Assembly (NCBI GenBank): GCA_965228855.1
Contig: CBDDIJ010000002.1
Location: forward strand, 480,001 to 544,000
Length of the DNA: 64,000 nucleotides
Source: Candidatus Obscuribacterales bacterium
GTDB taxonomy: Bacteria > Cyanobacteriota > Vampirovibrionia > Obscuribacterales > Obscuribacteraceae
Direction of reading: 5' to 3'
In this document: in pieces, positions 1 through 10,445 of the stretch
How the letters are laid out: every line of letters starts with the position of its first letter
Numbering within the stretch: position 1 is the stretch's first letter
Program-made: the position numbers and the translations under genes
Notes under the pieces: model-generated
Told to the model about the DNA's origin: nothing
What the model saw: only the letters and a program-made list of their open reading frames with translations
Databases searched by the model: none

Positions 1-73
1 CAGGACTAGCAAAGTTCCAAGACAAAGCCATCAACAGCCCTTTCGGAATACCTAGCCAGCTGCCACACAATTT

Positions 74-125
74 TGTCTATGACCCGATGACGGTTTCGGG
101 AGAAAGCGTCAACGCCTCGTAGACA
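74..125. repeat. Dispersed 52-bp palindromic element, copy E1 (TGTCTA-N40-TAGACA)
   Basis: TGTCTA 74-79, ATGACG 87-92, CGTCAA 107-112, TAGACA 120-125; TATAGTAG box at 217-224. Confidence 0.85.
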
Positions 126-234
126 GCCACCCGGTTTTTGACATGCGGAATCCGATAGAGTCGCCCGAAAGCGCTACCGACATGAGGTCCTGAGTTTCGA
201 AACGAATACGCTGGTATATAGTAGTTATTTTGCG

Positions 235-269
235 AAAAAGGAACCAAGAGGTTTAACCCTCCTGGTCCC
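235..269 (-). terminator. Intrinsic terminator of the 321..1631 gene
   Basis: Minus strand GGGACCAGGAGG-gttaaa-CCTCTTGGTTCC followed by TTTTT. Confidence 0.7.
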
Positions 270-320
270 AGTCCTCATGCGACTCAACGGTTTGAACGAT
301 GAGTGCGCACTTGAAAAAAC

Positions 321-1631
321 TTAGTCGGAGCCGCCACCGGAGTTGGTATCACCACCGAGACGCTTGAACGAATCGTAATAGCGCTTGAGCTCAGCGAACT
401 CAGCAGCCATTTGCGTCGCGCCCTTGCCGGACGTGACGTCGTTTTCGTACTCCTTCGCGACCTCGACGAGACTGCGGCCGGCTTGGCGCAGCTGAACATC
501 GGCAGCGATACAGTTGATCAGCGCCAGGCGACGCGTGAACAGCTTATCCGTGGTTGCGCAACGATCGCCGCCGATTTGACGCTCGAGCTCCTCGCATTCG
601 ACCACCGCCTCGCGCAACGTGGCGAGCACCTCGCGGCGCAGAGCCTCAGCGGCAACGAGTTCGGAATACACGACGATGCGCTGGCTTTCGAACATCACAC
701 GAGCGCGTTTCTGACGCTCCTGCTCGTCCTTCATCGCCTTCGGACCGGCGTATCCACACGTGCCGGGCGTGCCATCGAGCACATTCAGCAACCGATTGGC
801 ATACTGACGCTCGTTGACCTTGCCCTTCTCACCGCTCCGAAGCGCGTTGGCGGCTTCTCGAGCCTTGCGCACAGCGATGTCGAGAGCGCTCAGCAAGTCT
901 GAGAGCTTCTGCAGCGCTGGATGCTTGTCGTTGACGGTGTCGAGGAAAGGTTGAGCCGGGCAGACCCGCATCTCGTCTCGCTTGAAGTCCTTGCCGATGG
1001 CAGCGGGAGTGACAACCCCCTCCAGCGGATAGAGCTGCTGAAGCGAGGACCTCAGATCCTGATTCCCGAACGAATAGGTCCGCAACGACTTCACGAATTC
1101 GGCGACTTCGGCGAACGCGCCCTTGAGCGCAGCCAGTGAAGCCGAATCGCGATCAGCGTCGACGCGATTGGGAATGGAACCTTCTGCGAACATCGGGCGC
1201 CGGCGGCGGATTTCCTCGGCGCGCAGAGCCGCGTTGACCAGGATCGGCCGAAGCCAGGCATCAGCCGAGTGACGCTGTTCGCTGCTCGCCTGCTCAACGA
1301 CAAGCTTGATCGCTTCGAACAGATCACGCTGCACATTGCCGAGACGATCGCCCATCGAATAGAAACCGAAAAGGAGCGATTGCGCCAGAATCAGCGCCTC
1401 ACGCCGCTCCACGCGGAGAAATTCGAGACCCTCGGGATTATCCAGATTGGACTCGATTCGAGTCGTCCAGGCGCTCGCCTCCGTCTGCTGGAGAGAACGC
1501 GTCACTCCTTCGGCACGCCTTGTGATATCGGCGTCGAGTGCCAGCGCTTCTTCCATCATGCGTTCCAGCGCTTGCAGCGCGGGAGGATGAATTTCTTGGA
1601 CTGGGGTTTGGTACATAAGTCTTGTCTCCAT
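321..1631 (-). CDS. Soluble helical/coiled-coil protein with two degenerate MCP-signalling-like motifs
   Basis: 436-aa ORF, biased codon use, no TM segment; ILVNAALRAEE...GAFAEVAEFVKSL and LALINCIAADVQLRQAGRSLVEVAKEY. Confidence 0.7.
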   Translation of the reverse strand: METRLMYQTPVQEIHPPALQALERMMEEALALDADITRRAEGVTRSLQQTEASAWTTRIESNLDNPEGLEFLRVERREALILAQSLLFGFYSMGDRLGNVQRDLFEAIKLVVEQASSEQRHSADAWLRPILVNAALRAEEIRRRRPMFAEGSIPNRVDADRDSASLAALKGAFAEVAEFVKSLRTYSFGNQDLRSSLQQLYPLEGVVTPAAIGKDFKRDEMRVCPAQPFLDTVNDKHPALQKLSDLLSALDIAVRKAREAANALRSGEKGKVNERQYANRLLNVLDGTPGTCGYAGPKAMKDEQERQKRARVMFESQRIVVYSELVAAEALRREVLATLREAVVECEELERQIGGDRCATTDKLFTRRLALINCIAADVQLRQAGRSLVEVAKEYENDVTSGKGATQMAAEFAELKRYYDSFKRLGGDTNSGGGSD

Positions 1632-2166
1632 GCCTGAGAGGTTAATGGCGAGGGACGTAGCTCAGGCGCGCTCCCACACCGGATGTCCGCGACAGGCAGA
1701 GTTGGAATTCCCCGGCTGTCGTTGTTGTGGACGGTTTACTTCTCCAGAATTCTGCTCACCGAAAAGCTCTGCCACGGACGATCCTCAGCGACTGGAAGTC
1801 AGCTCGCGTCATAGGAAATCGTGCACAGCAGTTTTGTTTAGCTTGGTTCGGTATTGGAAAAGAGAAGTAGATGAAACCTAAACGATCTCTTGTCAACATA
1901 TCAACAATAAGCCCCTTGCATGAATTCGCTTTTACCAAATCCTGCTTTCGGAGCTGCCGCTAACGCGTCTTCTTTCTTAACATGCGACAGTGCCGCTCGG
2001 TCAATGCCACTGTATGTGATACCAGACCAATCACGTTTTCGTCTGCATTTTGAAAAACGGAAGCGAGCAGTTAATGTTGTCAAGAAGATTAAGATTGACA
2101 GGTTCAGCGCTGACAGCCACTAGGATAGTCACAAGTTCAATTCCCGCCTGCAACTGAGCTAAAAAT

Positions 2167-2664
2167 ATGCATCATCACCATACCCAGATGTCGCCCGGTC
2201 TTCGGAATTTCCTATATGTCTGCTACATGGTCGCATTCGGTTTCGCCGCTTTCACTGTGTTCTTCATGGCAAAGGAGACGGAAACCTGGCTTCCCACGCA
2301 TGGTGTGGTTCAAAACAATACCGTCGAGAAGCGCACCATCGCCTATTGCGTCGGGAAGAAAACCTTCCGAACCTCGAACGAAAACCTGCTCAATATGCTG
2401 GAACAGAAGATTGGCATGCAGATCCCATACAGCCGTCCCGGACAATCTAAGCAAACGTGGAACGGCGTCGACCCTGAAATCGGCCGCTCTGTCACGGTCT
2501 ACTACAACCCCCAAAATTCAGCAGAGGCAGTTGTGCTGCCCGGATGGTCCGGACCGGTCGTAATCGTGGGAATATGCACAGCTATACCCCTGTTTCTTAT
2601 GGCTTGGCTGTCGCTGGTAGGCGACTGGGACGTTTCGCCCTGCTTCGGCGACGACGATTACTAA
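2167..2664 (+). CDS. DUF3592-like membrane protein
   Basis: N-terminal TM, W.PT.GVV, G..VTVYYNP.N..EAV motif, C-terminal TM. Confidence 0.7.
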   Translation: MHHHHTQMSPGLRNFLYVCYMVAFGFAAFTVFFMAKETETWLPTHGVVQNNTVEKRTIAYCVGKKTFRTSNENLLNMLEQKIGMQIPYSRPGQSKQTWNGVDPEIGRSVTVYYNPQNSAEAVVLPGWSGPVVIVGICTAIPLFLMAWLSLVGDWDVSPCFGDDDY

Positions 2665-2959
2665 CTCTGTACCAATATATAGGATCACAAGAGGACCAAT
2701 TTGGCTGCGCCACGGCGAAAGGTTCAAAAACTCAAGCACACGAAACTCCTATAGGTTGCAAAGCGACCCTGTTTACTCTAGGTTCAGAAATCATGTTTGA
2801 TACTTGAACTAAACCTTCAACCTCGCCGCACTTCTGTATCTCGCTGAATTCGCCAACTGTTCCGAGCTTGTCCAACCAGGTTCGGTTTATGCTCGCCTGG
2901 AACAGCTCGGAACCGAAACAGAGTGCCGCCCCCATTCATACCTCACCTGGAGTCCTATC

Positions 2960-3403
2960 GTGAAAATCGCTATCTTGCTGGTTCTCGTGGTCATCGCACT
3001 GCAGCTGTTTTGGAACGGTCGCCGTCTGCTCGCTGGGTGTGCCAACGTTCGAAACCTGCAGCAGAAGAACGCTTTCGTAGAACAACTCATGACGAAATTC
3101 GGCGAACAGCGCGAATTGCTGAAAGAGTTGCATGCATCCTTCCACCTCGCCTACCGCGATGAAGACAGCCGCACCAAGTGGCTGCTCGTGGAGCATTGGA
3201 AACAGGATGCCGTGAAACACCTTTGCGAGTTCGATTTCGCGGGCGCACTGGCACGTATGACACACGCCGTCGAGCAAGCCCGGCGTCTCATCGAAGACAC
3301 TCAGAGCATTTCTCCGAGCATCTCCGTCGGTCACGTGCGCGCGTTTCTGGAACGTCAACGCCTCGGCATGTCGCTTAAAGGCGCACCGCTCGAGTTCGTT
3401 TAA
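2960..3403 (+). CDS. Hypothetical membrane-anchored protein
   Basis: GTG start with GGAG SD, hydrophobic N-terminus, 147 aa, followed by a hairpin at 3411-3438. Confidence 0.6.
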   Translation: MKIAILLVLVVIALQLFWNGRRLLAGCANVRNLQQKNAFVEQLMTKFGEQRELLKELHASFHLAYRDEDSRTKWLLVEHWKQDAVKHLCEFDFAGALARMTHAVEQARRLIEDTQSISPSISVGHVRAFLERQRLGMSLKGAPLEFV

Positions 3404-3534
3404 ACCCACCGCAAGAAGCCGCATCCCGGGCTTCTTGCCTAAAAAACCGCCTACTACGCAATGTACTAACTTCATTTCTGAAAAATGCCTTGCTCACTGA
3501 GGTCTGGACATGAGCAATAAAAAGCTGAACACTT

Positions 3535-3586
3535 TGTCTATCCACGAATGACGCATTTGCCGAAATCCGGCATTGTCAGATAGACA
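3535..3586. repeat. 52-bp palindromic element, copy E2
   Basis: TGTCTA 3535-3540, ATGACG, CGGCAT, TAGACA 3581-3586; boxes CTACTACG 3451, TATAGTCA 3646, TATAGTAG 3762. Confidence 0.85.
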
Positions 3587-3844
3587 AGCGAATTCGAGGG
3601 CGATATTTTTGGCAAGTACAAATCTACCAATATCTTGCATATTAATATAGTCAATTATTACTTCAATCCTTTATACCGCATCACGCAACGCTCACAGAAG
3701 ACGGCCAAAAGTCAGCCTCGCAAAACTCAGAAATTTTTTTCAGCCCGATTATACTTATCCTTATAGTAGCAAAGTTTTTTAAAGGCTCGGTTCAGAAAGG
3801 GGGTTCCTTTCCAAACCGAGCGAAACCGGGATTGAACCCGTGCG

Positions 3845-4141
3845 TCAGCCGCCGATGACCTTGGCCTCGATGAAGCCGAGTTCGGCGAGCTTAGCCGCGA
3901 TGACGCGATGGCGACCGTCTTCGACGTTATAGCCACCGCCCGCACGCGGACGCAGAACAACACGAACCATTTCGCGGCCGTCCTCGAAGTCCTGGCGCAT
4001 CTGCTCGATCTGACCGAAGTCGCGGTCGAGCAGCTTCTTCCAGGTGCTTTCGGAAACGTACACCTCATCGAGGCGGACGAAGATGGTATCGTCAGCGGTC
4101 GCCTCTTCGTAGAAGCGATCGCGCTTGTAGGACTTGCCCAT
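3845..4141 (-). CDS. Small ParB/Sulfiredoxin N-terminal-like domain protein
   Basis: VVLRP...YNVEDGRHRVIAAKLAELGFIEAKVI matches the ParB-N GxxR motif; GGAGG SD before ATG 4141. Confidence 0.7.
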   Translation of the reverse strand: MGKSYKRDRFYEEATADDTIFVRLDEVYVSESTWKKLLDRDFGQIEQMRQDFEDGREMVRVVLRPRAGGGYNVEDGRHRVIAAKLAELGFIEAKVIGG

Positions 4142-4430
4142 GGTGCCTCCTGATAGGAGGGCCAGGTGCAAGATTGGAAATGAATGGAACCTACGAATCG
4201 ACAGCCGGAGCTGCTTTCATCGCATGCTCACATCCGGGCATTCGTCTGAACGCCCTTCTGCACCGGCCCTACCGTATCTTCGGCATGGGATGTCCTCCTT
4301 TGAGTTCGGTCATATAGAACCTTGGGTTGAGGGTTTCGGTTTCGCACAATCCGGCTCCGCACGGAAGATGGCGACAGTTACCCGTCGTCACCCTTCCGTG
4401 CAGAAACCGAATCACGCAGCCGGACTGCGC

Positions 4431-6155
4431 TTACTCGCTCTCGCCGTCCCGCTTCGCCTCTTCCTTGCGGCGGCGATTGGCGAGGACGTGATTGCTGGCA
4501 GCGAAGACGATGAGCAGCATGAACAGAGCGCAGCCGGCAGCGATTGCCACCGGGTTGCTCGTCCAGTCGCCCTCGCCGAACTGCTTCTTGGCGTCGTCCT
4601 TGACGGGCGCCGTCAGCGGGTCCGGGTGGTTCGCCTTCAGCAGCTTGATGGCTGCGTCGAGCTGTTCGTCGACCTTGGCGCCCGGCGTACGCTCGACCAC
4701 GACCTGCGGGGGGATGCCCTTGTTCGACAGGTTGTAGCCGGACGGCGTCAGGTAGTCCATGGTCGTGATGTACATGGTCCCACCCGGAGGGATGCCACCC
4801 GAGATGTAGCCCACGCCCTTGCCGTAGGTCGTGGTACCGAGGATGGTGGCGCGACCGGAGTCCTTGAGGGCACCGGTGACGATCTCCGAGGAGCTCGCCG
4901 AGCTGCCGTCGACCAGAACGACCATCGGGACCTTGTAGAAGTCCGTGATCAAGGTGACGATCTCTTGCGGGGCGCCCATGAAGTCATGCTTCAGCGGAGC
5001 GATCGTCTCGTAGCTCTGGTGAGTGACCATGCGGCCCTCACGCGTAGTGCTGTTGACGATGGTGCCCTTCTCCATGAAGATGCTGGCCACCTGCAGCGCG
5101 ATGTCGACGACGCCGCCGGGGTTGCCGCGCAGGTCGAAGATCAGCCCATTGAGATGCCCACCGGAAGCCATGTGCATCTGCTGCAGACCGCGGACGAACA
5201 GCGGGAAAGCCTGCTCATCGAACTGGGGAAGACGGATGTAGCCGATGTTACCCGGCATGACATTGACGACGACCGCAGCATCGGCAGCCGGCGCTACGGT
5301 GAGAACTTCCTTGTACTCCTTGCCGTTGCGGCTGAGCACAAGTTCGATCCTCGCGCCGTCTTTGCCCTCGAGCAGAGCTTCCGCGTCCTCCTTGCTGAGC
5401 CCCTTGAGCGGCTTGCCGTTCGCGGAGATCAGGTCATCGTACTTGTGGATGCCCGACTTGTAGCTCGGCGTTCCCCAAGTCGTGTAGTCGACCCGGTAGG
5501 AGCCATCCGGCTTCTGGACGATCCAGATGCCCAGGTCGGAGATTCCGGCCTCGGCGTTGGCGCGCGCCTTCTTGATCTCGGTCGTGGTGATGTACTTCGT
5601 CCAGGGGTCGTGCAGGCTGCCCAGCATCTCCTTGAGAGCGTTTTCGAGCTCCTCGGGAGTGGTGAGCTTGCCCTTGTACTTGTCCTGGTACTTGTACCAA
5701 TCCGCCAGCCGATCCGGGTCGTGGTACGACTGGGCGACCTGCTGCCAGACCTTCTGATAGACGGTCTCGAGCATCTCGGGCGTGGGCTTGCCGGGCGCGC
5801 CCTGATTGCGACCGAAGAGCTGCTGGATCATCCGGGGGTCCGTGATGATCTGCAGTTCGCCGGGAACCTGCGGAGCGACCACCGGAGTGTCCGGCTTGGC
5901 AGGCGCGGCGCTCGGCGCAGGGGTAGTTGGCGCCGTCGTGGGGGCGGCGCTCGGAACAGGCGTCGGCGCGGGCGTGGGCACGGCCGGGGTCTGCGGGGCA
6001 GGAGCCTTGGGGGCTCCGGAATTCGGGACGACATCCAGCCCCAGGAAGGGATGGGCGGGCGTAGCTTTCGGCTCATCGGCGACGGAGTACGTCGCGCCAG
6101 TGACCGCGAGGAACGCCAGCATCGTCGCGCTGACGATGATTTTTCTTACCGACAT
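4431..6155 (-). CDS. S41A carboxyl-terminal processing protease (CtpA/Prc-like) with C-terminal TM anchor
   Basis: Signal peptide, Pro-rich linker, PDZ, DLRGNPGG, SASSSEIVTGALKD, TYGKG. Confidence 0.9.
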   Translation of the reverse strand: MSVRKIIVSATMLAFLAVTGATYSVADEPKATPAHPFLGLDVVPNSGAPKAPAPQTPAVPTPAPTPVPSAAPTTAPTTPAPSAAPAKPDTPVVAPQVPGELQIITDPRMIQQLFGRNQGAPGKPTPEMLETVYQKVWQQVAQSYHDPDRLADWYKYQDKYKGKLTTPEELENALKEMLGSLHDPWTKYITTTEIKKARANAEAGISDLGIWIVQKPDGSYRVDYTTWGTPSYKSGIHKYDDLISANGKPLKGLSKEDAEALLEGKDGARIELVLSRNGKEYKEVLTVAPAADAAVVVNVMPGNIGYIRLPQFDEQAFPLFVRGLQQMHMASGGHLNGLIFDLRGNPGGVVDIALQVASIFMEKGTIVNSTTREGRMVTHQSYETIAPLKHDFMGAPQEIVTLITDFYKVPMVVLVDGSSASSSEIVTGALKDSGRATILGTTTYGKGVGYISGGIPPGGTMYITTMDYLTPSGYNLSNKGIPPQVVVERTPGAKVDEQLDAAIKLLKANHPDPLTAPVKDDAKKQFGEGDWTSNPVAIAAGCALFMLLIVFAASNHVLANRRRKEEAKRDGESE

Positions 6156-6238
6156 GGTATTGTCCTCAAGTTAAAGTTGCGGCAAAGGCGCGACACCACA
6201 TCTGGTATCGCGCCTTGCCTTTGTTGAAACTAGAAGTC

Positions 6239-7855
6239 TTACTTGGTCGGCGCCGCCGGAGCGGTGCCGGTGCCGTTGCCGCTGAGCGCCTTCTTGGCCG
6301 CGTCGAGTTCCTTCTGGAACGCATCGACATTGGCCTTGCGAGTGTCCTCGCTCTTCTTGGCGTGAGCTTCGGCCTTGGTGACCGCATCCTGGACAGCCTT
6401 CTTGGCGGCGTCCAGCTGCATGTCCTTGGTCGGATCGACGATCACCTCATCGGGGTTGGTCACCTCGATATCGGGAATCACGCCGACCCAGTCCATGGGC
6501 ACACCACCGGGGAGGAACTCGAAGGTGGTGACGTGGATGTTGCGGTCGAACGGCAGCGGCACGACCTGCTGGCCGACGCCCTTGCCATGCGACGTCTTGC
6601 CGACGATGACGGCGCGCTTGTTGGCCTGCAGGAGCCCCGAGAGAATCTCGGAAGCCGAAGCAGAGCCTTCGTCGATGAGGACAGCGATCGGCATGTCCTC
6701 GGGAACGATCATCTCCTCGCGTTCACCGCTGACCATCCCGATCTTGCCGGGCTGCGCGCTGGACTTCATCAGCTGGAGAGCGAACTCCGGCTGCAGGACG
6801 GTCTTGGTCTCGACCATGGCGTCGCCACGGCGCTCCTTCATGGTCAGCAGGGTGCCTTCCTTGAGGATGAACTGACCGACCGTCTCGACGGCATCCAGGC
6901 GACCGCCCGGGTTGCCGCGCAGGTCGATGACGATGCCCTTGCCCTTGGCGGCGTTGGTGAGCGCCTCGTACATCTCCTTCTCGACGAACCGGCTGGACCA
7001 GTCGTTGAGCTTGATGTAGGTGATGCCGTTGCCGAGGTCCTTGACCTTGGTCACCTTGGACACGACCTGGGCGCGGGTGATGTCGATGGTCTGTTCGACC
7101 GTACCACCCTTGCCGTCGTCGCGCGTGACGGTGATCTTGACGACGGTGCCCGCCTTGCCGCGAATGGTCTTCACGACATCGTCCAGGCTCTTGCCGTTGA
7201 CGTCGGCGCCGTCCACCTTGGTGATCCGGTCACCCTTCTTGATGCCGGACTTCTCGGCAGGACCACCTTCCATCGGCTCTTCGACGATGATCGGATGGGC
7301 GTCCGAAACCGCTTTCAGCGGCTCGAAGATCTGCTTGAGCTGTTCCTTCGTGGCCTTCTCGCCGAGCTTGCGAGCCTGGAGGATGGCTTCCGCCTGCCCC
7401 TTCAGCTTGAGCTGGGCGCCGATGCCGACGAGCGTGGCATCGAACTGCTCGCGCTCGGCCTTGTTGCGAGCCGGCGGGTTGTAGTAGTCGAAGCGCTGCC
7501 CGAGGCTCTGGATCATCTCATAGACAGCCTTGTCGGCCGACTCTTCGGTGTCGAGAGCGTTGTCATTGGCATGCTTGTTCTCCCACTCGGCGGCCCACTT
7601 GGCGCGCGCGGCGGGGTCCGACAGCGTGATGTGCCGGTCGCGGAGGTTTTCGAAAACCTCCTTGTAGAGCTTCTTGCCGTCGAACTGGACGGCCGGTGCG
7701 GTCGCCGGAGCCGACTTGGCGGGGGCGACGGTGGACTGAGCGACAGGGCTCGAAACAGGCGTGTCGTCTGCCGACGCGAAGGTCAGCGGCGCGGACAGCA
7801 TGAAAGCCGCCACGGCAAGAGCGAACACGCGCGAGGCGATGTTTCGCGATTTCAT
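6239..7855 (-). CDS. S41A carboxyl-terminal processing protease (CtpA/Prc-like)
   Basis: Signal peptide, PDZ (GPAEKSGIKKGD), DLRGNPGG, SASASEILSG, SHGKG. Confidence 0.92.
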   Translation of the reverse strand: MKSRNIASRVFALAVAAFMLSAPLTFASADDTPVSSPVAQSTVAPAKSAPATAPAVQFDGKKLYKEVFENLRDRHITLSDPAARAKWAAEWENKHANDNALDTEESADKAVYEMIQSLGQRFDYYNPPARNKAEREQFDATLVGIGAQLKLKGQAEAILQARKLGEKATKEQLKQIFEPLKAVSDAHPIIVEEPMEGGPAEKSGIKKGDRITKVDGADVNGKSLDDVVKTIRGKAGTVVKITVTRDDGKGGTVEQTIDITRAQVVSKVTKVKDLGNGITYIKLNDWSSRFVEKEMYEALTNAAKGKGIVIDLRGNPGGRLDAVETVGQFILKEGTLLTMKERRGDAMVETKTVLQPEFALQLMKSSAQPGKIGMVSGEREEMIVPEDMPIAVLIDEGSASASEILSGLLQANKRAVIVGKTSHGKGVGQQVVPLPFDRNIHVTTFEFLPGGVPMDWVGVIPDIEVTNPDEVIVDPTKDMQLDAAKKAVQDAVTKAEAHAKKSEDTRKANVDAFQKELDAAKKALSGNGTGTAPAAPTK

Positions 7856-8249
7856 GGTATTGCTCCTAAAGTTGAATTCTTCGGTTGCGACCCCTTTGGA
7901 TGGGGACAGGGTTAGAAGAGTGGTCTAGAGCGTTGAAAACATGAGGTGACGGCTTGCCACGCGCATGGGAGTCAAAGGATGGCCGCAGGTTTGGACAACT
8001 GCCAGCCATTCCTTGACACCACATGTGGTGACAAGGTCCAGTTCGGGATGAAGCGTGCTCTAACGCCCGACCCGTTACGCACGAGTCGACTGGAACCACC
8101 TGAGGGAAGGCGCACTTGACGATGAGCGTCCGCATCTGCTCAGCGACAACTACGCCCTCCCGACATCCGGCACCGGTCTGATTGCTCAGAACCGGCACCG
8201 AATGTGGTGGCTTAGGTCGACTGGCAGACTGTTGCCGATGCTACCGTAT

Positions 8250-9389
8250 TTAGCGCTGCTCCCAGGGCCGCGGGACGAGCTGCTCGATCTGCTTGAGCAG
8301 TTCGCGATTCTCCTCATCCGAGAGCGTGGCACCGTGGTACAGCACCCGTTCGCACTTCGTCAGCGCACTCTCGATCTTGTCGAGCTCGGGGTCACCCTCG
8401 AGCCGGTCGCGCACCTCGAGGAAGGTGGCGGGTTCGATCGGCACGCCCTTGGTCGCGCCCAGATAACGCCGGAACGCCGACGCGATCTGCTTGTAGTGCC
8501 TGTACTCGAAGCCTTCCGCCTTCGCTTCCGCGAAGACCTTGTCGAAGACCTTCCAGGCAGCCGCCTTGGGAGGCAGCACCTTGCGCGGACGCACGCGATT
8601 GATGTACTTCGCCACTTCGATGCCGGGCAGGAGCCCGATCATGAAGATGGCGAGCGCAATCACGGGGATGATCATCCAGGACGAACCGAGAGGCTTGGCC
8701 TCCAGGTCGCCCTCGAGCAGCGCTTCGCCGTTGTCCGCCGTGGGCGAACGCGAGACGACGAAGTCAGGCGTGGTCAGGCGCTTGAAGTTGGGCGTCTTGC
8801 CGTCGGGCGCAAGCTCGGTGGCGTAGCGCAGGTCGAGGTTGAACACCACGTTGTCCTTCGGCACCCAGGTCACGACCGTGAGGTCGAGCCGATAGAGCAC
8901 CTTGCCGTTCTGCAGCTTCTGGCTGCGAACCACCGCCGGGGCAGCGAGTTCGAAGTCGGAGCCCTCGAAGCCGAGGACTTCCTGCTTCAGCGACGTGAAG
9001 TCGATCGTGACGTTCGGGTCGACGGCGATCAGCACGACCAGGGGAATCCGGTCGCCGATGCGGTAGCCGAAGTGGCGCGCGTTGCCCAGTCGAATCTCGA
9101 CCTTGCCGTCTTCGCAGACTTTGCGGACCGGATTCTGGGGCTTGGGAGGCTCGGGCGGCTGAGCATTGTAGCCGCCGCCGTCCTCGGGATATTCATAGGG
9201 GTAGCCGCCGTACGCCGGCGCCTGTGCCCCCGATGCGTCGGCCATGACACCGCAGGCGGTGCTGGCCTTGCTCTGGGCGGAGCCCGGACCGGCAGCCTGC
9301 GCCGCCGCATCCTGAGCCATCGCGGTTGCTCCGACGGCGACCGTCAGAGCGAGAACCAGAGCCTTCAATCCAAACAGTTTCGTTTTCAT
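8250..9389 (-). CDS. MxaA/BatD-like exported, membrane-anchored protein of the MoxR operon
   Basis: Signal peptide, RHFGYRIGD motif resembling the MxaA N-terminus, TM helix near aa 265, context. Confidence 0.6.
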   Translation of the reverse strand: MKTKLFGLKALVLALTVAVGATAMAQDAAAQAAGPGSAQSKASTACGVMADASGAQAPAYGGYPYEYPEDGGGYNAQPPEPPKPQNPVRKVCEDGKVEIRLGNARHFGYRIGDRIPLVVLIAVDPNVTIDFTSLKQEVLGFEGSDFELAAPAVVRSQKLQNGKVLYRLDLTVVTWVPKDNVVFNLDLRYATELAPDGKTPNFKRLTTPDFVVSRSPTADNGEALLEGDLEAKPLGSSWMIIPVIALAIFMIGLLPGIEVAKYINRVRPRKVLPPKAAAWKVFDKVFAEAKAEGFEYRHYKQIASAFRRYLGATKGVPIEPATFLEVRDRLEGDPELDKIESALTKCERVLYHGATLSDEENRELLKQIEQLVPRPWEQR

Positions 9390-9401
9390 GATTTTGGCTC
9401 C

Positions 9402-10346
9402 TTACCGACGGTGTCCAGCGAACAACCGCATGAGTTTGGGATAAGCGGCGACGCCTTCTTCGGTCGAAACAACCGTCCAGTCGACGTGCGCCGAACGGAA
9501 GAACTCGAAGAGGGCAGTCTCATGCCGTTGGAAGTTCTCGGCGAACTTGGCGCGATTGGCCTTGCTCAGCCAGATCGAACGGCGCTCGCCAGTGAGCAGG
9601 TCCTGGAAGGTGTAAACACCGAACCCGCTGGGGAGCTCGCGTTCACGCAGGTCCTGCACACAGATGCAGACGACGTCATGCTTGACGGCCGTCCGCTTCA
9701 GAAGCGTCTTCTCCTCGTCCGTGAGGTTGAGGAAGTCCGAGATGATGAACACCAGGGACCGGCTCTGTCCGCTGACGGCCTTGAGGGCCTTCATCAGACC
9801 AGTGGTACCGTCCTTGGTGTCTCCACCGCGGCGGGCGGCACGCTCGATCGCCGAACCTTCGACAATCGAGGCAAGCGCGGGGAAGAGCATGACCTTGGCG
9901 CTGCGCGCCGGGAGGTAACGCTCGACCGCCTTTTCCGAGTAGGCGATGATGCCGACGCGGTCGCCGGTTTCGTCCGCCGACTTGATGATCGAACCGGTCA
10001 GTTCGCCGGCAAGATGCCGTTTGATGGTACGGAACGAACCGAACTCCATCGTCATACCGGTGTCGACCAGGCAGTACATCTTCACGTCACGCGGTTCCCG
10101 ATAGAAAACCGTGCAGACCGTCTGACCGCCCGTTTGTGCCGTGGCGTGCCAGTCGATCGAACGCGGATCGTCACCGGGCTCGTAAACACCGCGAGAAACA
10201 AGATCGTATCCCGTATTCCCGCGCTTCTTGCCCTTACGGCCAGCCCCGGAGGGCATGGCAGTCGAGCTGCGCCAGGTAATCGGGATCGGATGAGAAACGA
10301 CCCACTTAACGAGTTCGCGGACCGTTTCCCGTGTATTTGTCTTCAT
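9402..10346 (-). CDS. DUF58 family (MxaS-like) protein
   Basis: YEPGDDPRSIDW.ATA, DTGMTMEFGS, FIISDFL, D.RERELP. Confidence 0.9.
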   Translation of the reverse strand: MKTNTRETVRELVKWVVSHPIPITWRSSTAMPSGAGRKGKKRGNTGYDLVSRGVYEPGDDPRSIDWHATAQTGGQTVCTVFYREPRDVKMYCLVDTGMTMEFGSFRTIKRHLAGELTGSIIKSADETGDRVGIIAYSEKAVERYLPARSAKVMLFPALASIVEGSAIERAARRGGDTKDGTTGLMKALKAVSGQSRSLVFIISDFLNLTDEEKTLLKRTAVKHDVVCICVQDLRERELPSGFGVYTFQDLLTGERRSIWLSKANRAKFAENFQRHETALFEFFRSAHVDWTVVSTEEGVAAYPKLMRLFAGHRR

Positions 10347-10445
10347 GTGAATACTCCGGAAGCGGTTTGAGTTAGTTCAGCCGAGAGCGGCGATCACTAA
10401 ATAGCGACCGCCGCTCTGGCTTGGTAATAAGTACCGAACGACCGG

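Noticed and set aside
74..125. 52-bp element as a TGT...ACA mini-transposon/MITE or an integron attC
   Set aside because: No target-site duplication at the copies checked (flanks extend the palindrome), no transposase or integrase in the window, and no RYYYAAC/GTTRRRY cores.
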